The notes under the pieces were generated by a model, which was not told where the DNA came from, did not search any database, and saw only the letters and a list, made by a program, of their open reading frames with translations. A DNA stretch of 64,000 bases from positions 43,735 to 107,734 of the forward strand of contig CAWDQD010000013.1 of assembly GCA_963804385.1 (NCBI GenBank), given 5' to 3'. Source of the DNA: an uncultured Candidatus Micrarchaeota archaeon (GTDB taxonomy: Archaea > Micrarchaeota > Micrarchaeia > Anstonellales > Bilamarchaeaceae). Positions 28,638 through 36,058 of this stretch are shown here, in pieces (position 1 is the stretch's first letter; every line of letters begins with the position of its first letter). The translations under genes were made by a program, and so were the position numbers.

Positions 28638-28711
28638 GAGGATACGCATGCTTTGAAGTTTATAATGCTTGAGAAAAGGATTAAAGAAAACTATATCGGA
28701 TATTGGTCTGT

Positions 28712-29548
28712 ATGGCAATTGAAGAGATATTATCATCTCCCATAGTCGAAAATACGCTGGAGGGCGTATTCCATAAGAAGCCGTTCCATATCATCGAGCG
28801 GCCAGGCTCATTCGTCATAATCCTCAAAGAAGAACCAGCGGACAGGGTCACCCGGCTGATCATACTGAAACCTAATGGATATACGGCCAATCACCCGCAG
28901 GAATTGAGCAGCCATCCCGAGGCGAGGGAAGCGACCCTAGAAATCAAAGGAGCGGTCGGCGCTGGTAAAAAAGGGTACAATCTGATAAAAAATTGCGTGG
29001 AATTCGTTTATTATCCGACCAGGCAGGCGGAAACGATATCCTCCTTCCCGTATGCCAAAGCGGACAACGCCCTGCGGCTGGTGAAGAATTCCAGGACGAA
29101 GTTCAAGGTCATAAAATCCAGCGGCTACGGCTTCTATCACAACCTACGCAATCTCACCGATAGGTGGCTGGTGCTGGTACTGAACAAGAAGCTCGACTTG
29201 TCGAAAGAGATAGATTATGGTTTGCTCGACGCTTGCAGCGGTGAAGAAAAGCGCGCTTTGCTGGAGTTCCATGGTTTGGTTACCGAGAAAGGGGATATGA
29301 TATTCAAGGAGAACAGAACGGCAATAGAAAAGATAACCTCGCTTTCTCCGAAGAGGTGTTTGCCGGTCCTGATCACGTTCCTGAATATGCCGGAACTCGG
29401 GAAACACGAGCAATGCACGGTCTTCGCGGTAATCCTCAAGATGGCCAAGCTGGATAAGCGGCTTGCGCTCGGATTGCTCTCCGACGCCCTGGCCAAGAAC
29501 ACCGCGCAACCGTATTATCTGAACGAACTGATCGAAAAGATCTCCTAA
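28712..29548 (+). CDS. Hypothetical protein (278 aa)
   Basis: ORF trimmed to the first ATG (MAIEEIL). It is divergent from the protease operon. No motif recognised. Confidence 0.45.
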   Translation: MAIEEILSSPIVENTLEGVFHKKPFHIIERPGSFVIILKEEPADRVTRLIILKPNGYTANHPQELSSHPEAREATLEIKGAVGAGKKGYNLIKNCVEFVYYPTRQAETISSFPYAKADNALRLVKNSRTKFKVIKSSGYGFYHNLRNLTDRWLVLVLNKKLDLSKEIDYGLLDACSGEEKRALLEFHGLVTEKGDMIFKENRTAIEKITSLSPKRCLPVLITFLNMPELGKHEQCTVFAVILKMAKLDKRLALGLLSDALAKNTAQPYYLNELIEKIS

Positions 29549-29565
29549 GCCGCTGGAGGAGTTTA

Positions 29566-29832
29566 CTATTTCCGTATCCCGATCCATTTCTCATAATCCT
29601 TATGCTTGCCGACAAAATAGAAACGCCGGACTTTTCTATCTTCGAATGATTTGTAGCATATCCTATACTGGCGTCCGAGCTCTTCGACAAAATATGGAAC
29701 GCCATGCTCGAGATGCCTGGTCGGCAACCCCTCCAAGATACGTTTTATCTTCTTCGTGACCCGCAGTTTCATATCATCTGGGAGGTCGCTGAAGTATTCT
29801 TTCCAGCCTTCATCGAATTCAGACGCATACAT
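29566..29832 (-). CDS. RelE/ParE-family type II toxin
   Basis: 88 aa. ...LGRQYRICYKSFEDRKVRRFYFVGKHKDYEKW matches the RelE/ParE C-terminal pattern (YRIxY...hhhhxhGxHxxxY). It lies directly downstream of a small RHH gene. Confidence 0.7.
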   Translation of the reverse strand: MYASEFDEGWKEYFSDLPDDMKLRVTKKIKRILEGLPTRHLEHGVPYFVEELGRQYRICYKSFEDRKVRRFYFVGKHKDYEKWIGIRK

Positions 29833-29837
29833 CTGAT

Positions 29838-30098
29838 CTACTCGAGCATTTTCGCGTATTTCTCGCCGAGCGCTTCCTTCGCTGTCAGGACCTTCCGTTT
29901 CCCTTCTTTGATCTCTTTGTCTATCTGCCGCATTTTCTTGACCGCTAGAGGTTCGCTCAATCTCTTGAGCTGGTGATGCTCATTGTAATCCATGATGGCC
30001 ACGCGGATGGCCTCGGTCTTGTTGGTCGCGATCTTCTTGGCGAGCATCTCGTTGATAACTTCTTCCGGGAAGCCCCCGATCTTCAGCGTTATATTCAT
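29838..30098 (-). CDS. Ribbon-helix-helix (CopG-like) antitoxin
   Basis: Trimmed to MNITLKIGGFPEEVINEMLAKKIATNKTEAIRVAIMDY (RHH-like beta-alpha-alpha). A 5-nt gap separates it from the toxin gene. Confidence 0.65.
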   Translation of the reverse strand: MNITLKIGGFPEEVINEMLAKKIATNKTEAIRVAIMDYNEHHQLKRLSEPLAVKKMRQIDKEIKEGKRKVLTAKEALGEKYAKMLE

Positions 30099-30205
30099 GC
30101 ATTGACACCGCATTTAGTATGTACTCAGTCCTTATTAAATATATTTATTGTGTCAAATAATGTATTTTCGTAAGCTATTTAAACAGTTCCGCGTATAATG
30201 ATAGT

Positions 30206-30481
30206 ATGGAACTGATCGAGCGGTTGGTGGGGATGAAAGCGCCGAGCCAGTCCAAGTCATATTTCATAGGATTGGAGAGGGGCAGGATCTGGGCAGAGGA
30301 CGGGGATTACATCGAGGTCCGGCGATGGAGTGCTTTCAGGGGCGAATACCTGGACGTCGCGCTCCCGGATTACGAGGAGATGCACTATCTCGTCCTGAAC
30401 GCCGAAAGCCGCATCGAGTGGGTCCAGTTCGTGCGCGGCTGGATCGACGGCGTCAAATCCTTCAAAAGGCAGCTATTTTAG
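30206..30481 (+). CDS. Hypothetical protein (91 aa)
   Basis: ORF with TATA-like ctatttaaac about 25 nt upstream of the ATG. Confidence 0.4.
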   Translation: MELIERLVGMKAPSQSKSYFIGLERGRIWAEDGDYIEVRRWSAFRGEYLDVALPDYEEMHYLVLNAESRIEWVQFVRGWIDGVKSFKRQLF

Positions 30482-30508
30482 CTTTCCCATCATTATCCCC
30501 TGCGGGAG

Positions 30509-31411
30509 ATGATTATGAGGAACCTCGTCCTGATAATATTGGCTGCTGTATTGGTTTTCGGGTGCGTGAATGCCCCGACGCAATCTACGAACGGAACGCA
30601 GAGCAATGCCGTCATACCTTCATTAGGAGGGCAGACCTGCACCCAATCGCAGACATTCTCCGCTCTGGGCCCGGGCATACTCTCGAAGACCAGCGAACTC
30701 ACTGCGAGCGTCACGTGCGCAGGCGGGCAGAGCATAGTCGTCAGCGTGGACAATAGCCCTATCGACACGGTGCAGGTGCAGACCAACGACACTCAGAACG
30801 TCACGCTCGGGATACCGGCCACGATGGACGGCCAGCACACAGTCACTGTGGAGATCGGCGGCCAGAACGTTTTTTCTGACTCGTGGAACGTCACCCCGCT
30901 GGGATTCCAGAAGGTCGAAGGGTTGGAGACCGACGCCGTATCGTACAGGCAATGGCTCGCCGAGGCCGTGGATGTCGGCAACCAGATAACCGTCGCGCGC
31001 GCGGAAGCGTACCTGAGCACCGAGCAGTCATCGATGCAGCCGAACAGCAGCATGATCATGGAGATAAGGACCGACGACAACGGCAAGCCGGGCGCCGTGG
31101 TCGGCACCGCGAAGGACCCGATGAGCGCAATCACGCAGAGCGACAACTGGGTAGGTTTCGATTTCTCTCCGGCCGTGACTCTCGCGCCGGGCCGCTACTG
31201 GATGGTGGTGAAGGCGCAGCAGGGCCAGACCGGCCTCGTCACCGACATAGTGCAGCTGCATTACGTGACGGTCGACAAGACCGCGGCGGGCAACGATTAC
31301 ACCAGGCAGATGACGCTCAGCGTGGACGAGAACACCGGGATCGCGACCGAAACTTCGTGGCAGCCGCTGGGCTACGACAAGGAATACGACGTGTTCCTGG
31401 AATCCGAATGA
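30509..31411 (+). CDS. Secreted or lipid-anchored hypothetical protein
   Basis: N-terminus MIMRNLVLIILAAVLVFGCVNAPT (signal peptide with a lipobox-like FGC). The remainder is Thr/Ser/Gln-rich and beta-type. Confidence 0.6.
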   Translation: MIMRNLVLIILAAVLVFGCVNAPTQSTNGTQSNAVIPSLGGQTCTQSQTFSALGPGILSKTSELTASVTCAGGQSIVVSVDNSPIDTVQVQTNDTQNVTLGIPATMDGQHTVTVEIGGQNVFSDSWNVTPLGFQKVEGLETDAVSYRQWLAEAVDVGNQITVARAEAYLSTEQSSMQPNSSMIMEIRTDDNGKPGAVVGTAKDPMSAITQSDNWVGFDFSPAVTLAPGRYWMVVKAQQGQTGLVTDIVQLHYVTVDKTAAGNDYTRQMTLSVDENTGIATETSWQPLGYDKEYDVFLESE

Positions 31412-31413
31412 GC

Positions 31414-32082
31414 CTATCGCCGCAATGAGCCGAACATGTCGCCCAGGACTGCGAACCTCAGCCTCTCGATGGTCTCCCCAAGCTTATGGCCGCAGTCGCT
31501 GCAGAAATCCATGCCCGGGGCTGTGTACCGTGCGACGAAGTCCTGGAAACCCGAGACCCCGTGCCGGATGCACATCTCGCTATGGCATTCCTGCTCGTCC
31601 CGGATGAACAGCTTGCCCGCCTCATGCTTCACTATCGCGATGAGGACGTTGCGCCGCAAGGATCTGATATGCTCCAGCGCGTCGAGCGAGACAGCGGCGT
31701 ATCCCAGGTATATGCCTACTCCGATGAACAGGTCATGGAGGACGCGGCTCGATGAAGGAGTTTCGCTCCGGATCAGCATGCTATGGGGCGTCACCGCGAT
31801 GCCGAAGACGTTCGTGATGCCCATGTCGCTGTTGTATCGGTCGAAAGCGCTGTGCGGTATCTGGTCCACGTGTATGCTTTCCTGCGCGGACGTTATCGAA
31901 CGCAGGGATTTCTTGTACTTCACGCGCCTGAACGCGCCTTTCTCATCTGCGCAGGCGCTCTCCACCATGACGCCCAGCCGCCCGAAAGGCTTGAGCCCGT
32001 CCTCTATCGTGGGGACGAGCTCCTTGGCCATGGCTGGATAGATTATCCTGAGCTTGACCTGCCTGAGGATGGTGGGGTTCAT
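31414..32082 (-). CDS. Archaemetzincin-like (peptidase M54 fold) protein lacking HExxH, paralog 1 of 5
   Basis: VKLRIIYP N-terminus, NVFGIAVTP, and VKHEAGKLFIRDEQECHSEMCIRHG...MDFCSDC. The Cys4 pattern CX4C...CXXC is retained, but HExxHxxGxxH is degenerate (HEAGK). Confidence 0.6.
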   Translation of the reverse strand: MNPTILRQVKLRIIYPAMAKELVPTIEDGLKPFGRLGVMVESACADEKGAFRRVKYKKSLRSITSAQESIHVDQIPHSAFDRYNSDMGITNVFGIAVTPHSMLIRSETPSSSRVLHDLFIGVGIYLGYAAVSLDALEHIRSLRRNVLIAIVKHEAGKLFIRDEQECHSEMCIRHGVSGFQDFVARYTAPGMDFCSDCGHKLGETIERLRFAVLGDMFGSLRR

Positions 32083-32107
32083 GCATGAGTAATGTTATGA
32101 ACTTTAT

Positions 32108-32668
32108 TTAAACGTGTGCAGACCCGATACTGTCTTTTATCTTATCCCGGCAGCTCAGGCAGAGGTCCAGGTCCGGCACCACGCATTTGGCGACGAAGTC
32201 GTTGAAATCCGAGACGCCCTGGAGGAGGCATCCGGCAGTGCAATGGGTCGGAATGAACAGCAGGCCAGCCTGTCGCTGCACCATCTTGGCGAGCACTTCC
32301 GGGAATCCATCGGACATCTTATGGTAAGAGACGAACGCGTATTTCCCGTATGCGCTGGAGCAGGAGAAGACCTGCATCTTGCCGGCGTCCGGCCGGAGCA
32401 GGGGATGGATCGTGAGCGCGATGCCGGAGACCGAGCCGAAATCGTCGAAGATGCCGGTCTGGAGCCGGTCGAGCCGTATGCTTTCCACTGCGGAAACCGC
32501 CGAGCGCAGCGGCTTCGAGTATCTGACGCCCCGGAAAGCGCCTTTCTCATCCGCGCAGGAGGTCTCGACCGCGATATCGAATTGCCTTAACGCCTTTAGC
32601 CCGGCTTCTGCCGCCTTCACGTGCTGCGGTGGCATGTAATCCGGGTAAAGAAGACGGATTCTCTTCAT
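32108..32668 (-). CDS. Archaemetzincin-like protein lacking HExxH, paralog 2 of 5
   Basis: MKRIRLLYPDYM, SGIALTIHP, and VQRQAGLLFIPTHCTAGCLLQGVSDFNDFVAKCVVPDLDLCLSC. Confidence 0.6.
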   Translation of the reverse strand: MKRIRLLYPDYMPPQHVKAAEAGLKALRQFDIAVETSCADEKGAFRGVRYSKPLRSAVSAVESIRLDRLQTGIFDDFGSVSGIALTIHPLLRPDAGKMQVFSCSSAYGKYAFVSYHKMSDGFPEVLAKMVQRQAGLLFIPTHCTAGCLLQGVSDFNDFVAKCVVPDLDLCLSCRDKIKDSIGSAHV

Positions 32669-32710
32669 GCATGATTAGTGTTATGAAATCCATATAAATG
32701 TATTTGAAAA

Positions 32711-33298
32711 TCAGTTCATGCCATGGCTGAGGCGCATTATCGTGGATTTTATGGCGGCCGCGCAGTCCCTGCAGAGGTCGATGCCGGGGAACACGACCAG
32801 CTGGAAGAACTCGGAAAAATCGGATGTCTCCTGCATCAGGCATTCGTTGGGGCAGGCCGCGCCCTGGCCTTCGGGCGCCGGTATCAGCAGCTGGCTCGCC
32901 TGGTATCTCACGAGCGCCGTGATGGCCGGGCCAGGATCCGGAAGCCGCATGGGGGCGGCGAGCGAGACCGCGGCGCTGGCCATATAGCCGCCGATCGCTG
33001 ATACCGTCTCGCCATCCGTATCTATCAGGAAATTAGGCGTGAGCGCGATGCCGAAGATATTGGATCCGTCGGAAAAAGCGTCGCGCAGGAGATCCTTGAC
33101 GCGTATGTCGCCATCCGCGTTCACCACGCGCCGGAGCGGATTCGAGAGCCTGACATCAACGAACGCCCTCTCGCTGGCAGGGGCGCTTTCCACCAGCGCC
33201 TTGAACCGATTGAATGGCTCGAGCCCCTCTTCAGCGGCTTTGACATGCTCCCGCGCGAGGGTGCCGGGGTAGATGAGCCTGAGGGTCACGTTCTTCAT
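32711..33298 (-). CDS. Archaemetzincin-like protein lacking HExxH, paralog 3 of 5
   Basis: ORF 32711..33610 trimmed to MKNVTLRLIYPG (ATG at 33298). Contains NIFGIALTP and VRYQASQLLIPAPEGQGAACPNECLMQETSDF...IDLCRDC. Confidence 0.6.
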   Translation of the reverse strand: MKNVTLRLIYPGTLAREHVKAAEEGLEPFNRFKALVESAPASERAFVDVRLSNPLRRVVNADGDIRVKDLLRDAFSDGSNIFGIALTPNFLIDTDGETVSAIGGYMASAAVSLAAPMRLPDPGPAITALVRYQASQLLIPAPEGQGAACPNECLMQETSDFSEFFQLVVFPGIDLCRDCAAAIKSTIMRLSHGMN

Positions 33299-33306
33299 GG
33301 ACACGC

Positions 33307-33933
33307 CTATACCGCTTTTTGTTTCAGGAACTCGGAGGATTGGCGGGAATGTATCAGGCGCCTTATCGTATCGGATATGTCGGCGCCGCACTTTTTGCAC
33401 AGATCGGTGCCCTGCGCCATTATGCGCTCCACGAAATTGTCGAGATTGTGGATATGCTCCATGAGGCAGACGTTGGGGCAGTCCGGATCCGCGCCGGGGT
33501 TTCTCGGGATGAATATGTGGGCCGCTTCGTATCTGACTATCGCACCCAGGGCAGGCATCCGCATCTGCACCGGAAGCCTCATCACACCGTCGAGCGAGAC
33601 CGCCGCGCATTTCAGGTACGCGCCCGCGCTGAGGACGGGGTCGTGGTTATCCGACCGCACAATAGGATGCGCTGTGAGAGCGATGCCAAAGACATTGAGA
33701 TAATCGTCGCAACGCTCTTTCAGCACCGGATCGAGCGGCATCAGGTTGTCGGCGTAGGTTATCTTCCGCAGAAGGACAGCGTGCCTGGCATTCTCGAACG
33801 CGCCGGCTTCGGCGGCCATCGTCTCCACCAGGGCCCCGAATCGCGTGAACTCCTTCAGCCCTGCGCTCGCCGCCTTCACGGTATGAGGTTCCATGGATGG
33901 CGGGTATATCAGGCGGAGAGTCACGTTCTTCAT
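33307..33933 (-). CDS. Archaemetzincin-like protein lacking HExxH, paralog 4 of 5
   Basis: MKNVTLRLIYPPS, NVFGIALTAHP, and VRYEAAHIFIPRNPGADPDCPNVCLMEHIHNL...TDLCKKC. Confidence 0.6.
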   Translation of the reverse strand: MKNVTLRLIYPPSMEPHTVKAASAGLKEFTRFGALVETMAAEAGAFENARHAVLLRKITYADNLMPLDPVLKERCDDYLNVFGIALTAHPIVRSDNHDPVLSAGAYLKCAAVSLDGVMRLPVQMRMPALGAIVRYEAAHIFIPRNPGADPDCPNVCLMEHIHNLDNFVERIMAQGTDLCKKCGADISDTIRRLIHSRQSSEFLKQKAV

Positions 33934-33975
33934 GCTGATACAGTGTTAGGTAATATCTATAAATGTACTTGAAAC

Positions 33976-34563
33976 TCAGTTGCCCAGCCGGCTAACAGTC
34001 CATTGCACGGCGGTGACGCAGTCCTCGCAGAGCTCCGAGCCGCGGGCCATGACCCGGTCCACGAAATCCGCGAATTCATGGGTGCATCGCATCAGGCAAT
34101 CGTTGCGGCAGTCTGGGGGTCCCTCGCTCGGGATGAGCAGCTTGCTCGCGTTGTATTTGACCATGGCGCTGATGATTGGCCCCGGATCCTGGAGCAGCAA
34201 TGGGTTGCCGAGCGATACTACGGCTCCGGTCATATAGCCGCCGAGGGCCGAGATGCTCTCGCGGCGATCCGTCCCGGGTATGATGAGATACGGCGTGAGA
34301 ACGATGCCGAAGACATTATGCGAGATGTCGACCGGGCTGTCGGGGTCTATGCATCTGAGCCGGATGTTGCGTTCCGCCAAGGCCATACTGCGCAGCAGCT
34401 TCGGGTACCTGAGCCGCCTGTATGCGGATTCCTGGATGGCGCATCGGCTCTCGATTTGGACATTGAAGTCCTTGAACGGCTCCAGCCCGGCCCTCGCGGC
34501 CAAGAGATGCTGCTGAGGAAGGGAGCGCGGGTAGATGAGGCGGAGGGTTACGTTATCCATCAA
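33976..34563 (-). CDS. Archaemetzincin-like protein lacking HExxH, paralog 5 of 5
   Basis: MMDNVTLRLIYPRS, NVFGIVLTP, and VKYNASKLLIPSEGPPDCRNDCLMRCTHEF...SELCEDC. Confidence 0.6.
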   Translation of the reverse strand: MMDNVTLRLIYPRSLPQQHLLAARAGLEPFKDFNVQIESRCAIQESAYRRLRYPKLLRSMALAERNIRLRCIDPDSPVDISHNVFGIVLTPYLIIPGTDRRESISALGGYMTGAVVSLGNPLLLQDPGPIISAMVKYNASKLLIPSEGPPDCRNDCLMRCTHEFADFVDRVMARGSELCEDCVTAVQWTVSRLGN

Positions 34564-34625
34564 ACAATCAGTGATGCGGAATCATTAAAATGAAATAGGA
34601 AAAAAAGGGGAAAAACCGGAAAGAA

Positions 34626-34835
34626 TTATTTCTTCATGTCTTTCATGTCGCAGTTCTTGCACATCGGGCAGAGGCAAAGTCCATGCACGAGGAGCACCAA
34701 ACCGTACAGCACAAGGAGCCAGCCGCCGTACATCGCGCCTGCCGCTCCGAGAATCCCGGCGAATCCGAGCCCTGCGAGGGCCACTACGATTCCGCTGATT
34801 ATATTGCATGTTCCGCACGGTCCACAACAACCCAT
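34626..34835 (-). CDS. Cys-rich small membrane protein (69 aa)
   Basis: MGCCGPCGTCN, then two hydrophobic helices, then HGLCLCPMCKNCDMKDMKK. Confidence 0.45.
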   Translation of the reverse strand: MGCCGPCGTCNIISGIVVALAGLGFAGILGAAGAMYGGWLLVLYGLVLLVHGLCLCPMCKNCDMKDMKK

Positions 34836-34906
34836 TCGTACATCACCCCAATTTTTTTACTATTTTTATGCTGTCTGAAATCTTTCAAGCAAGAGTTATA
34901 AAGCTT

Positions 34907-35323
34907 CTATGGGGCGGAGATTTTGCGGGCTATCGATTTAAGATTCTCGAATTTGAGGTGCATGTCGCCTTCTATCTCGCTGAGCGTCTGCTCGAGGGTG
35001 CGCCCGCGCAGGTAGTACATGCGGCCGTCCTTGGCGACAAGGCCGGAACGCTGGAATAAATTGAGATGGTATATCACGGCGGCCTGGCTCACTTCGGAAA
35101 GCGCCATTATGTCACGAGATGAGATGCCGGTGCCTTTTATGCTCGCCCGGACGAGCGCACGGAAAACGAAACGGCCGACGTCGTCGCGCTCGTCGCCGAG
35201 GCCCAGGCACTGGTATATATAATCTATCTCGCTATCCTGGTTCTCCTCGTCCGCAGGCACGGAGATGTACCGGATGACGATCTGACGATAATAGCGCCTT
35301 TGCATATGTTTATACTTCCGCAT
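34907..35323 (-). CDS. Winged-helix (ArsR/TrmB-like) transcriptional regulator, divergent from grpE
   Basis: ISSRDIMALSEVSQAAVIYHLNLFQRSGLVAKDGRMYYL (HTH plus wing). It shares an AT-rich intergenic region with several TATA-like boxes with grpE. Confidence 0.6.
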   Translation of the reverse strand: MRKYKHMQRRYYRQIVIRYISVPADEENQDSEIDYIYQCLGLGDERDDVGRFVFRALVRASIKGTGISSRDIMALSEVSQAAVIYHLNLFQRSGLVAKDGRMYYLRGRTLEQTLSEIEGDMHLKFENLKSIARKISAP

Positions 35324-35424
35324 AAATATTTAAAAATATTTCGATATATTAAACAGTTTGTTAAATATTTCAACCTGGTGATTATACGGCTGACAAGAAG
35401 AATTTGCCAAAATCCGAACCGAGC

Positions 35425-35946
35425 ATGGGGCTGGCAGAGCCCGCTAAGGCCGATGCCATCGCCCCGGCGCCTGATAAGAAGCTCGTCCAGCACGAGGAGC
35501 CGAAGCTTTTGGGCGCTCAAGACAAGGTGAAGGAGCTCGAAGACAGATTGCTGAGGCTGCAGGCCGAGTTCGACAACTACAGGAAAAGGGCCGCGCGCGA
35601 GAACGAGAATATACGCGAGAGCGTTTCCGCAGAGATGCTGCTGAAATTCCTGCCCATATTCGACGAGTTCGATATCGCCATGACGCACGTGGACAAGGCG
35701 AGCCACAAGGATTTCAAGCAGGGCATCGAACTGATATTCGCCAAGATGCTCGACTTCCTCAAGAAGGAGGGCGTGGAGCCGATGAAAGCGCTCGGAGAGG
35801 GATTCGACCCTTACAAGCACGACGCCATCAGGCAGGGAGCGGGCGAGGACGGGAAAGTCATAGAGGTCGTGCAGAAAGGATACTTATACAAAGGAAGGGT
35901 GCTGCGCCATGCGAAGATCGTGGTCGGCAAGAAGGAGGTCGATTAG
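35425..35946 (+). CDS. grpE: Nucleotide exchange factor GrpE
   Basis: LRLQAEFDNYRKRAARE and the C-terminal FDPYKHDA...VVQKGYLYKGRVLRHAKVVV pattern. The start was set to the first ATG; the track ORF begins at a TTG at 35404. Confidence 0.85.
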   Translation: MGLAEPAKADAIAPAPDKKLVQHEEPKLLGAQDKVKELEDRLLRLQAEFDNYRKRAARENENIRESVSAEMLLKFLPIFDEFDIAMTHVDKASHKDFKQGIELIFAKMLDFLKKEGVEPMKALGEGFDPYKHDAIRQGAGEDGKVIEVVQKGYLYKGRVLRHAKIVVGKKEVD

Positions 35947-36058
35947 ATGGGAATCGATGAGAAAATCGTAGCTCCACAGAAGAAGGAATTCAAATTGAAG
36001 ATACTCATACCTCCGGGGCAGAAGGTCCCGGTAGGGATAGCGTCATAGAGGTGGATTT

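Noticed and set aside
22502-30500. The idea that the whole DpnI-to-RelE block is a discrete integrated mobile element.
   Set aside because: I could see no integrase, transposase, terminal inverted repeats or tRNA-derived direct repeat. Only the DpnI gene is clearly compositionally deviant. The block is kept as a defence/accessory neighbourhood and is not called a mobile element.
32711-33610. The 299-aa long form of the third archaemetzincin-like ORF.
   Set aside because: The upstream 104 codons overlap the 3' end of the neighbouring paralog and are Arg/Gly/Pro-rich. All paralogs align from MKNVTLRLIYP (ATG at 33298).
35947-36048. A 33-codon ORF ([33 protein letters not shown]) between grpE and dnaK.
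   Set aside because: It is too short to support without conservation or expression data, and it may simply be an intergenic spacer. It is worth a look only if ribosome-profiling data exist.
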